The notes under the pieces are model-generated. The model was not told the origin of the DNA, did not search any database, and was given only the letters and a program-made list of their open reading frames with translations. This document shows, in pieces, positions 19,248 to 28,225 of a stretch of DNA of 44,974 nucleotides (positions within the stretch are counted from its first letter, which is position 1; every line of letters starts with the position of its first letter). Location: assembly GCA_964385385.1 (NCBI GenBank), contig CAYLPA010000002.1:6343-51316 (forward strand). The letters run 5' to 3'. Position numbers and translations under genes: made by a program. This DNA is from an uncultured Saprospiraceae bacterium. GTDB lineage: Bacteria > Bacteroidota > Bacteroidia > Bacteroidales > CAYLPA01.

Positions 19248-20204
19248 TCACCTTCCTTTGCCAATTAGCCATTTTTGAAAGTTATCAAATCCTTTAGATG
19301 TTGGCTGAAAAGACTGTACCCTTGCTTTTGGCCAAATACGTATTGCAGCATCCTTTCTAGAACACACATCAATAATTGCAACGTCAATGATGTTCTGCCC
19401 TTCCTTGGTAAGGTGTGCCAATACAGCCTGATCGTAGTCATTAAACGCAAAGCCAAATACGACAATACGGGATGCACGTCTAAGTATCGTAGAAGATATC
19501 ATCCATTGGTACTGCAATCCTATTGGCACCTTCTTTTCAGTAGTTGGCGCCAATATAAGTGCCTCACCACTAAGCCCCCTACGTCCATCTGTGTATTTGC
19601 TGTTCGCATCCCATGAAATACTTCCATGAAGCTTAGCAACGGGAAGTAATCCACTCAGTACGATAGGATTCCGCCACTGCGAAACAGGATATGGACCTCG
19701 TCCATGAATTACCTCATTACATTTACCATAGTTGAAGCCTTTGGTACCAAGTGCGTATTCCACAAGTAGGTCATAGTTAAGTGTAATGATGCCACATAAC
19801 TTACTCCCGCACTGCATAATGAATTTTTGTACATCTCGAATCCCAGGTCTGTCCCATTTTCTATTCTCGTCAATCATTAGGACATGTCGTCTAACCCTAC
19901 CAGCATGCCATTCTTGCCATATATATGGTTCGGACAGCCGCCTCACGACGTACCAAACAACATCTTTCTTACTGCGAACATCCTCGCATAACAAGACATC
20001 TGCAATGAACTGCTCTGCTATTCCAGTTGGATTCCTTTTGTTCCAATCCTGTTTGAGTTTTGTCAGTCGTTCAAGTCTGTTTTGCTCTCTAATCCCGAAA
20101 GGATCTACCGCGAAATCAAACAACTGAGACCCCAAAGGGAGGTCCGCTGCCCATTTTGAAAATCCAGCACCAAGTAAGAGGGTAAGCTTCTTAGTTTCCT
20201 CCAT
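19248..20204 (-). CDS. SIR2-like (SIR2_2-type) NAD-binding/NADase domain protein, probable defence effector
   Basis: LLLGAGFS, IITLNYDLLVE, KLHGSISW, LAPT, IVVFGFAFNDYD in canonical order. GC content is clearly higher than in the flanking genes. Confidence 0.85.
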   Translation of the reverse strand: MEETKKLTLLLGAGFSKWAADLPLGSQLFDFAVDPFGIREQNRLERLTKLKQDWNKRNPTGIAEQFIADVLLCEDVRSKKDVVWYVVRRLSEPYIWQEWHAGRVRRHVLMIDENRKWDRPGIRDVQKFIMQCGSKLCGIITLNYDLLVEYALGTKGFNYGKCNEVIHGRGPYPVSQWRNPIVLSGLLPVAKLHGSISWDANSKYTDGRRGLSGEALILAPTTEKKVPIGLQYQWMISSTILRRASRIVVFGFAFNDYDQAVLAHLTKEGQNIIDVAIIDVCSRKDAAIRIWPKARVQSFQPTSKGFDNFQKWLIGKGR

Positions 20205-20286
20205 CTAATACATTATTATACTGTAAATATCTATATAAAATGTCAAAAATGTAAGAAAAATTTCACATATTTTATTTTGAATTTTT

Positions 20287-20742
20287 TTATTCCCCAAGCA
20301 TTTGTTTAACAATCATAGATACTATTTTATTATCAGCTTTTCCGGCAACTTTTTTTACAGTAGCTCCCATAACTCTGCCCATATCTTTAATACTTTCAGC
20401 TCCTGTTTCAGCAATAATTGTTTCTACAATTTTTTTTATTTCATCTTCGCTCATTTGCTCGGGAAGATATTTTTTAATAATCTCTGCTTGATAAGTTTCA
20501 ACTTCAGCTAAATCATCACGATTTTGGCTAACAAAAATTCCTGCTGATTCTTTCCGTTGCTTCACAAGTCTCTGAAGTATTTTTAGTTCAACTTCTTCAG
20601 TGATAACACCATCCTTGCTATTTTTTCCTGTTTTTTCAATCAATAAAGCCGATTTTATTGCTCTTAATGCTTCAAGTTTCTTTTTGTCTTTAGCCAACAT
20701 AGCTGACTTTATATCTTTATTTATTATCAATTCTAAACTCAT
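20287..20742 (-). CDS. yqeY: GatB/YqeY domain protein
   Basis: DIKSAMLAKD, LRAIKSA, KQRKES, YLPEQMSE, KDMGRVMG. Follows ftsZ as is usual in Bacteroidota. Confidence 0.93.
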   Translation of the reverse strand: MSLELIINKDIKSAMLAKDKKKLEALRAIKSALLIEKTGKNSKDGVITEEVELKILQRLVKQRKESAGIFVSQNRDDLAEVETYQAEIIKKYLPEQMSEDEIKKIVETIIAETGAESIKDMGRVMGATVKKVAGKADNKIVSMIVKQMLGE

Positions 20743-20781
20743 ATAAAATATATTTTGAATTATTAAATCACAAAAATAAAC

Positions 20782-20818
20782 AAAAAAAACCTTGATAAGA
20801 GAAAACCCTTATCAAGGT
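20782..20818 (-). terminator. Rho-independent terminator after ftsZ
   Basis: Minus strand ACCTTGATAAGGG-TTTT-CTCTTATCAAGGT followed by a T-tract. Confidence 0.85.
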
Positions 20819-20840
20819 AAAAAATAAAAAAAAATACTTA

Positions 20841-22406
20841 TTAATCTACATTATCATGCAAATACGAATTATTAGATTTTATACCCATGTTCACATCATC
20901 ATCATCGGTCAAAGTATATCTGGAAATTTCAGATTCTGATGATGATGGAGTATCAGAAAGTTCAACTTTACGTCTTATATAAGCAGGTTTGTTTTCGGCT
21001 TCAGCTAAACCTTCGGGTGTTTTAAGATTAATACTAAGTTCTTTTAACTTCTGAATTCTTTCCTTGGACTTCTGTATAAAATCATTATCATTTACCAATT
21101 CTTTTGTTTTATCCTGAATAAATTTATTAAAATGCTCTTCATTTTGTTTATCATTAGTTGAAGTTTCACTCTTTTTAATCAAAACAGGTTCATCAGAAAC
21201 AGTTTCTGATTCCTGTAAAGTGTTTTCAACAGGTTGATGGATTTTAAAAGCAATTGAGTCTTGTAATTCTTCTACAGGACTTTCATCAGCTTCAATTTCT
21301 AATTCTACGGCAGAATTCTTTTCAATAATCATATCATCGTAGAATTTTTCAACTTCTTCTTTAGGGCTAATTTCTTCAGGAATATCATCAAGAACATGAA
21401 TAATTTTTTCTCTTTTTCGACCCTCAGTATCAGAAATAAGTTCATCATTTGTTTTAAAGCCTGTAGCAACAAGAGTAATACTGATATTATCTTCTAAAGA
21501 TTCATCGATTCCAGAACCCCAAATTATTTCGGCAGTTGAACCAGTTTCATATTGAATAAAGTCTGTGATTTCAGAAACTTCATCCATATTAATTTCATCA
21601 TTTCCAGAAGCGATATATAATAAAATATCGTTTGCTCCCTTAATATTATTATCGTTAAGTAATGGAGAAGAAAGAGCCATTTCAATAGCTTTTCTAGCTC
21701 TGTTTTCACCACTTGCCATTCCTGAGCCCATCAAAGCTGCCCCACTATCTTTCATAACAGTATTAACATCTTTAAAGTCAACGTTAATCTTTCCTGCAAC
21801 AGTAATAATTTCAGCAATTCCTTTAGCAGCAACAGTAAGAACATCATCTGCTTTTTGAAAAGCTTCAGTAAGTTTCAAATTTCCATAGAGTTCTCTTAGC
21901 CTGTCATTACAAATTAATAGAAGAGTGTCAACATTTTCTCTTAAATCTCTAATTCCTTCCGAAGCTTGCAACCTTCTTTTATTTCCTTCAAAAGAAAAAG
22001 GAAGAGTTACGATAGCAACGGTTAATATTCCCATTTCTTTAGCTAATGATGCAATCACTGGTGCTCCACCTGTTCCGGTTCCGCCTCCCATGCCAGCAGT
22101 AATAAAAACCATCTTGGTGTTTTTTTCCAGTATTAATTTAATTTCTTCAATACTTTCAATTGCTGCATCTTTACCAATAGAAGGGATTGAACCTGCTCCC
22201 ATACCTTCGGTTAAACTAATTCCAATTTGAATTTTATTTGGAATCGGACTTAAATCCAATGCTTGCGCATCAGTATTAACAACGATAAAATCAACTCCTG
22301 TAATACCTTGATTATACATGTGGTTAACGGCATTACTACCACCACCGCCAACTCCTATTACTTTAATTATTGAAGACTGGTCCTTAGGTGCATCAAATTT
22401 TATCAT
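20841..22406 (-). CDS. ftsZ: Cell division protein FtsZ
   Basis: GVGGGGSNAV, GMGGGTGTG, NVDFKD, long acidic linker, and Bacteroidota-type C-terminus PAYIRR...NSYLHDNVD. Confidence 0.98.
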   Translation of the reverse strand: MIKFDAPKDQSSIIKVIGVGGGGSNAVNHMYNQGITGVDFIVVNTDAQALDLSPIPNKIQIGISLTEGMGAGSIPSIGKDAAIESIEEIKLILEKNTKMVFITAGMGGGTGTGGAPVIASLAKEMGILTVAIVTLPFSFEGNKRRLQASEGIRDLRENVDTLLLICNDRLRELYGNLKLTEAFQKADDVLTVAAKGIAEIITVAGKINVDFKDVNTVMKDSGAALMGSGMASGENRARKAIEMALSSPLLNDNNIKGANDILLYIASGNDEINMDEVSEITDFIQYETGSTAEIIWGSGIDESLEDNISITLVATGFKTNDELISDTEGRKREKIIHVLDDIPEEISPKEEVEKFYDDMIIEKNSAVELEIEADESPVEELQDSIAFKIHQPVENTLQESETVSDEPVLIKKSETSTNDKQNEEHFNKFIQDKTKELVNDNDFIQKSKERIQKLKELSINLKTPEGLAEAENKPAYIRRKVELSDTPSSSESEISRYTLTDDDDVNMGIKSNNSYLHDNVD

Positions 22407-22560
22407 TTTCTTATTTTTAATTTTTATTAAAATTATTATTATAAGTAATATTTAATGGTGTATTTCGCAAATTTTTATCAACATAAAAAAAAGGCTAATT
22501 GTTAATAAATATCTATATATCCTTGAATTCTATTCAAACTATTTTCTATTAAACCTGATA

Positions 22561-23817
22561 TTAATTTATTCCTTCATCATCAAAAAATTTCCCTAAAATG
22601 CTTTTGAAAAATGTTCCTTTTGTTTTTTCAGAATGGTCTTGAATTTTACTAGTTTTTCCTTTTTCTACATTTTCCAATCCTTTAATAACAAGTCCAATAC
22701 CAGTTGCATATAAAGGGCTTGTAATTTCTTCGGGGACATTACTTGCAAGATGTTCATTAGGATAACCGATACGAGTATCCATGCCTGTTATAAATTCTGT
22801 TAATTGGGCAACTTGTTTTAATTGAGCACCACCACCGGTTAAAACAATTCCTGCAATTAATTTTTTCTCATAACCGGAATTTTTGATTTCGTAATATATA
22901 TACTCAATTATTTCTTCCATCCTTGCCTGGATGATACTTGCAAGATTTTTTAGGGTGATTTCCTTTGGTGCTCTTCCTCTTAATCCGGGAATAGAAACAA
23001 TTTCATCATCCTTGTTTTCGCAAGCAAGTGCTGAACCATATTTTATCTTCAATAGTTCTGCTTGTCGTTTTATTATCGTACAACCTTCTTTAATATCTTC
23101 TGTAATAATGTTTCCACCAAGAGGAATAACAGCAGTGTGTCTAATTATTCCGTCTTGAAAAATAGCAATATCAGTTGTTCCGCCTCCAATATCAACAAGT
23201 GCAACGCCAGCTTCTTTTTCTTCGTCACTAAGAACAGCTTCGGCAGAAGCAATAGGTTCCAATATTAAATCTTCGACATGCATATTGGATTTTGTTACAC
23301 ATTTATTAATATTTTTTGCTGCAGCAATTTGACCAACAATGATATGAAAATTTGCCTCTAAACAAATCCCTGCCATTCCGATAGGTTCTTTAATTCCTTG
23401 TTCATTGTCAACAATATATTCCTGAGGAATTACATGAATAATTTCTTCGCCGGGTTTCATAACAAGCTTGTACATATTGTCAATAAGATTATCAATATCT
23501 ATCTGGCTGATTTCATCATCAAGATTGTTTCTTATGATGTTTCCCCTGTGTTGCATACTTTTAATATGTTGCCCTGCAATTCCGACATTAACATATTCAA
23601 TTTCTACACCTGATTTTAATTCAGCTTCTTCGATTGCCGTTCGAATTGACTGAACTGTTTTATCAATATTTGCAACAACACCTCTGGAGACACCAATAGA
23701 TTCGGTTTTCCCCGAACCTAAAATTTCAATTTTTCCGTATTGGTTTCGTTTTCCGACAATAACTGCAATTTTGGATGTGCCGATGTCTATACCAACAACA
23801 ATATCTGAAGATTCCAT
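22561..23817 (-). CDS. ftsA: Cell division protein FtsA
   Basis: GIDIGTSKI, VDIGGGTTD, VLTGGGA. Position in the dcw cluster. Confidence 0.97.
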   Translation of the reverse strand: MESSDIVVGIDIGTSKIAVIVGKRNQYGKIEILGSGKTESIGVSRGVVANIDKTVQSIRTAIEEAELKSGVEIEYVNVGIAGQHIKSMQHRGNIIRNNLDDEISQIDIDNLIDNMYKLVMKPGEEIIHVIPQEYIVDNEQGIKEPIGMAGICLEANFHIIVGQIAAAKNINKCVTKSNMHVEDLILEPIASAEAVLSDEEKEAGVALVDIGGGTTDIAIFQDGIIRHTAVIPLGGNIITEDIKEGCTIIKRQAELLKIKYGSALACENKDDEIVSIPGLRGRAPKEITLKNLASIIQARMEEIIEYIYYEIKNSGYEKKLIAGIVLTGGGAQLKQVAQLTEFITGMDTRIGYPNEHLASNVPEEITSPLYATGIGLVIKGLENVEKGKTSKIQDHSEKTKGTFFKSILGKFFDDEGIN

Positions 23818-23818
23818 T

Positions 23819-24583
23819 TTATATATTTTTAGTACATACTATTTGATTTTCATATTTTAAATTTATGGTCTTAAATCTATCCCAACCATAATCTTTAAAT
23901 CCTTTTTGATATAGAATAAATAATTTTTCAAATTTATTTTTCATATTATCAATATTCCCAAAAACTATCACTTGATTTCCAACTCTCGGGATTAACTCAA
24001 TTTCGCCTAATTGATTCACATAAATCTGACTTATCTGTGCATTGAAAAACTCATCATTAGAGATATATTTTGCCAAACAAAAAATATCATAAGTTATTGA
24101 AGGTTGTTTCAATGTGTCTTTATTTTCGATTGTAAAATTTCCATTTGCAATAAGAACATGTGCGGAGTGCATAGAATTTAAAGGCATAAACTTGGCTGTT
24201 TCATCTATATAAAAAGATTTCCCTTTTTTATCCATGATTTTAACAATTGCCTTTCGTTGAATAATATTTACTCTAACAATCCCGTCAATAGTTAAATAAA
24301 CATCAGCTTTGGCAACATAGGGAATTTTGTTAATTTCACTCTCTATCATTTCAATATCAATTTCCTGAATTTTTTGCCCTTTTAAAGTATCTGTAATTTG
24401 ATAAACAAAACTTCTTATTTCGTTGGAAGTAATAAAATAATCTGCTTTATTATCTCCATAATCAATAGATATTAAGAAATTTTTGCATTTGGTTTTGCTA
24501 TGCTCACCGCCAATAAAGCTTAATAAAACGATTAATCCTAAAATTAAGATTATCCAAATTGATATATTTAGAATTTTTTTCAT
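23819..24583 (-). CDS. ftsQ: Cell division protein FtsQ
   Basis: Single N-terminal TM helix, POTRA-like region, ELIPRVG, INLKYENQIVCTK. Lies between murC and ftsA. Confidence 0.88.
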   Translation of the reverse strand: MKKILNISIWIILILGLIVLLSFIGGEHSKTKCKNFLISIDYGDNKADYFITSNEIRSFVYQITDTLKGQKIQEIDIEMIESEINKIPYVAKADVYLTIDGIVRVNIIQRKAIVKIMDKKGKSFYIDETAKFMPLNSMHSAHVLIANGNFTIENKDTLKQPSITYDIFCLAKYISNDEFFNAQISQIYVNQLGEIELIPRVGNQVIVFGNIDNMKNKFEKLFILYQKGFKDYGWDRFKTINLKYENQIVCTKNI

Positions 24584-25936
24584 TTATCTATTTAAAGCAT
24601 TTTTTATTGGTTGAACCAAAGTTTCAATATCGCCAGCTCCAAGTGTTAACAAAACTTCAATTTTTCTTTTTTTCAACTCCTCAATTAATTGATTTTTGGA
24701 ATACAAATTTTTATTTACAACTTTAATTTTATCCAACAACATTTTTGAATCAACACCATTAATTGGTTTTTCACGTGCCGGATAAATATCTAAAAGAATT
24801 ATTTCGTCTAATAATTCAAGCATTTTTACAAACTCATCAGCAAAGTCTCTGGTTCTTGAGAAAAGATGAGGTTGAAAAATTCCAGTTATTTTTTTATCAG
24901 CGTATAAATTTTTCGCTGTTAAAATACTCGCTTTTAATTCTTCGGGGTGGTGAGCATAATCGTCAATAAAAACAAGATTTGGAGTGTTTATTATGTATTC
25001 AAATCTTCGTTTAACACCTGAATATGTTTCTAAAGAATTTTTGATTTCTTTAGTTTCCAATCCCATCATAAAAACTACTGCAGATGCTGCAACAGCATTT
25101 TCGATATTGTGCAAACCAGGAGTTTCTAATTTTATATCTTTAATTTTTTCGCCACGAACATTCAAATCAAAAATATATTTATAATTATTAATCCTAATAT
25201 TTAAAGCATAGACATCAGCACTTTCATCAACAGCATATGTAATAATCTTTTCTTTCAATTCTTTAGTGAAAGGCAAATTCTTCTTTATTATCAGTTTTCC
25301 ATTCTTTTTAATTTGTTTTGAAAACAAAAAGAATGATTCGGTTAAAGAATCTTTTGAACCATAAATATCCAAATGGTCGGCATCCATCGAAGAGATAACA
25401 GCTAAATCAGGATTAAGAGCTAAAAATGATTTATCATATTCATCGGCTTCAACAACTGCAATTTCACTTTTTTCGGAAGTAATAAAATTTGTATTATAAT
25501 TTTTGCTAATCCCACCAATAAAAGCAGTGATTTCTTTATTATTATATTTTAAAATATGAGCAATTAATGAAGTAATTGTTGTCTTTCCGTGAGTGCCTGC
25601 AACAGCAACTAAAAACATATTTTGAGTAAGCGAACCAAGCACTTCAGAGCGTTTTAAAATCTCAATACCTTTTTCCTTACAATAAATCAGTTCTTTATTT
25701 TCCGAAGGAATTGCAGGAGTATAAACAACAAGTTCAACATTGTCAGGAATCATACTTATGTTTTCTTCAAAATGAATTTGCATACCTTCATTTATCAATT
25801 CTTGTGTCAAGGAAGTTGGAGTTTTATCATAACCGCTTACTTCAACTCCTTTTCTGTTGAAATACCTTGCCAATGCACTCATGCCGATACCACCGATACC
25901 AAGAAAATAAATATTATGTAAATTTCTAATATCCAA
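24584..25936 (-). CDS. murC: UDP-N-acetylmuramate--L-alanine ligase
   Basis: GIGGIGMSALA, AGTHGKTT, EADEYD, DDYAHHP, FQPHLFSRT. TTG start. Confidence 0.97.
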   Translation of the reverse strand: MDIRNLHNIYFLGIGGIGMSALARYFNRKGVEVSGYDKTPTSLTQELINEGMQIHFEENISMIPDNVELVVYTPAIPSENKELIYCKEKGIEILKRSEVLGSLTQNMFLVAVAGTHGKTTITSLIAHILKYNNKEITAFIGGISKNYNTNFITSEKSEIAVVEADEYDKSFLALNPDLAVISSMDADHLDIYGSKDSLTESFFLFSKQIKKNGKLIIKKNLPFTKELKEKIITYAVDESADVYALNIRINNYKYIFDLNVRGEKIKDIKLETPGLHNIENAVAASAVVFMMGLETKEIKNSLETYSGVKRRFEYIINTPNLVFIDDYAHHPEELKASILTAKNLYADKKITGIFQPHLFSRTRDFADEFVKMLELLDEIILLDIYPAREKPINGVDSKMLLDKIKVVNKNLYSKNQLIEELKKRKIEVLLTLGAGDIETLVQPIKNALNR

Positions 25937-25941
25937 TTTTT

Positions 25942-27051
25942 TTATTTTTTTATTAAACTTAGTATCACATCAGCAATTGTTTTTGCAGGGTCTTTAAAAG
26001 CTAAACTCGAAATTTTTTCAATTAATTGATGTTGTTGCTGTTCATCATTTAATAATTCAATAATTACTTCACCTAATTTATCTTTAGCTTCAATATCTTT
26101 CACCAAAATTGCAGCATTATAGTTGAACAAAGTCATAGCATTTTTAGTTTGATGGTCTTCGGCAACATTTGGTGAAGGAATAAGAATACATGGTTTTTTC
26201 ACAGCACATAATTCAGAAATTGCAATTGCTCCCGCTCTTGAAACAACAATATCGGCAGCGGCATAAGCTAAATCCATTTTTTTTATAAATTCATAAGCAT
26301 TAATTCCATCATCAGCATAATTTTTCACAGCATCTTTTGCTATATCAATATAATACTTTCCTGTTTGCCATATTACTTGCAAATTATTTTCTTTAAATAA
26401 TTCCAAATTTTTATGTATGCTTTCGTTAATTGTTCTTGCTCCCAAACTTCCACCAATAACTAATAAAATTTTCTTTTCATCAGTTAAATTGAAATGTTCC
26501 ATTGCTCTATCTTTTTTCCCTTGTAATTTTATTACTTCCTTGCGAACAGGATTTCCAGTAATATAAATTTTTTCTTTAGGGAAATATTTTTCCATTCCAT
26601 TGTATGCAACACAAATTTTATTTACAGATTTTGATAATATTTTATTGGTAATTCCGGGATAAGAATTTTGCTCCTGAATAAGTGTAGGAATCTTCATTTT
26701 CGATGCAACTCTAAGAGTTGGTCCACTTGCATACCCTCCCACTCCTACAACGACGTCAGGTTTGAAATTCCTAATAATTTTTTTTGCTTTCATCAAACTT
26801 AATATCACTTTAAAAGGAAACATTAAATTCCTTACTGTCAACTTTCTTTGAAGTCCGCTAATCCATAAACCAATAATTTTGAATCCTGCTTCTGGAACTT
26901 TTTCCATTTCCATTTTGCCTTTTGCTCCAATAAAAAGAATTTCAACATTTTCAATATTATTTTTCAAAGCATTAGCAATAGCAATGGCAGGAAAAACATG
27001 CCCTCCCGAGCCGCCGCCACTAATAATTATTTTAATATTGTTTTCTCGCAT
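25942..27051 (-). CDS. murG: Lipid II GlcNAc transferase MurG
   Basis: GGGSGGHVFP, GGYASGP, TGNPVR, GGSLGA, SRAGA, HQTKNA. Confidence 0.97.
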   Translation of the reverse strand: MRENNIKIIISGGGSGGHVFPAIAIANALKNNIENVEILFIGAKGKMEMEKVPEAGFKIIGLWISGLQRKLTVRNLMFPFKVILSLMKAKKIIRNFKPDVVVGVGGYASGPTLRVASKMKIPTLIQEQNSYPGITNKILSKSVNKICVAYNGMEKYFPKEKIYITGNPVRKEVIKLQGKKDRAMEHFNLTDEKKILLVIGGSLGARTINESIHKNLELFKENNLQVIWQTGKYYIDIAKDAVKNYADDGINAYEFIKKMDLAYAAADIVVSRAGAIAISELCAVKKPCILIPSPNVAEDHQTKNAMTLFNYNAAILVKDIEAKDKLGEVIIELLNDEQQQHQLIEKISSLAFKDPAKTIADVILSLIKK

Positions 27052-27052
27052 A

Positions 27053-28207
27053 TTAACTTACAATTTCTTGTTTTTGTTCTTCTTCTTTTTCAGTCTCTTT
27101 GCTAACACTCAAAATTATTCCTATTGCTAAACTTGTAAACCAGATTGATGTTCCTCCCATACTTATTAATGGTAGTGGCTGCCCTGTAACAGGCAAAAGA
27201 TTAACAGCAACAGCCATATTAATCAATGCTTGGAACACAAGGCTAAAACTCAGTCCTATTGTGAGAAAAGCCCCAAAAGAACCTGGGCATTTTGACACAA
27301 TTTTCACACCTCTAAAAAATAGAATTAAATATAATAACACTATAACAATACCTCCGAAGAGACCGTATTCTTCAATAATAATTGCATAAATAAAGTCGGA
27401 ATATGGGTGAGGTAAAAAATTTCGTTGTTTACTGTTTCCGGGCATTTTACCAAAAGCACCTCCAGTTGCGATAGCTATTTTTGCCTGCTCAACCTGATAA
27501 TTTCCTTCACTATCTTTATCATTAAAATTCTCAACTCTCGCAATCCACGTATCTAATCTTGGTAGAAGATTTGGATACACATTAGCCAACATAAACATTA
27601 ACAACAGACTGACAATTCCAATTCCAATTAGATAAGCAATATATTTCAAATTTATTCTTCCAATAAACATTAAAACAATGCATGTAAAAAACAGAACAGC
27701 AGCAGTTGAAAAATTTGCAGGAAATATCAATGCACAAATTATTAAAACAGGAGCCATTATAGGCAAAAAAGCTAATTTAAAATCTTTTATTTCGTCTTGT
27801 TTTTTTGCTAATAAACGAGCAACATATATTATTAAAACAAATTTGGCAAGGTCGGATGTTTGAAAAGTTAGGTTTATTACAGGAAGTGTTAACCAACGAC
27901 TTGCTTCATTGTAGGTGGTTCCCGAAAAAAGCGTAAAGACAAGCAAAGGAACTGTTATAAACAAAGCTATTTGCGATATCCTTGAAAAATATGTGTATTT
28001 TATAAGATGAGCAACATACATTAAAATAAAACCAAATATCAGTATTGTAAAATGTTTAAATAAATAATATTCAGTATTCCCCGACTGATATTTATATGCT
28101 AAAGTACCCGTGGAGCTGTAAACTGCCAAAATAGAAAATATCGACAGTATTATCACAACTACCCAAATAACTTTATCACCTTTTATGCTGCTAAAAAATT
28201 TAAACAT
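27053..28207 (-). CDS. ftsW: SEDS peptidoglycan glycosyltransferase FtsW
   Basis: About 10 TM helices, ASRWL, LPHPYSDFIYAIIIEEYG, PVTGQPLPLISMGGTS. Confidence 0.95.
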   Translation of the reverse strand: MFKFFSSIKGDKVIWVVVIILSIFSILAVYSSTGTLAYKYQSGNTEYYLFKHFTILIFGFILMYVAHLIKYTYFSRISQIALFITVPLLVFTLFSGTTYNEASRWLTLPVINLTFQTSDLAKFVLIIYVARLLAKKQDEIKDFKLAFLPIMAPVLIICALIFPANFSTAAVLFFTCIVLMFIGRINLKYIAYLIGIGIVSLLLMFMLANVYPNLLPRLDTWIARVENFNDKDSEGNYQVEQAKIAIATGGAFGKMPGNSKQRNFLPHPYSDFIYAIIIEEYGLFGGIVIVLLYLILFFRGVKIVSKCPGSFGAFLTIGLSFSLVFQALINMAVAVNLLPVTGQPLPLISMGGTSIWFTSLAIGIILSVSKETEKEEEQKQEIVS

Positions 28208-28225
28208 TCTTTTTAATTTTCAATA

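Noticed and set aside
19265-20127. Overlapping ORFs within the SIR2 gene as an antitoxin or partner
   Set aside because: No motifs. Longer shadow ORFs are expected where GC content is higher.
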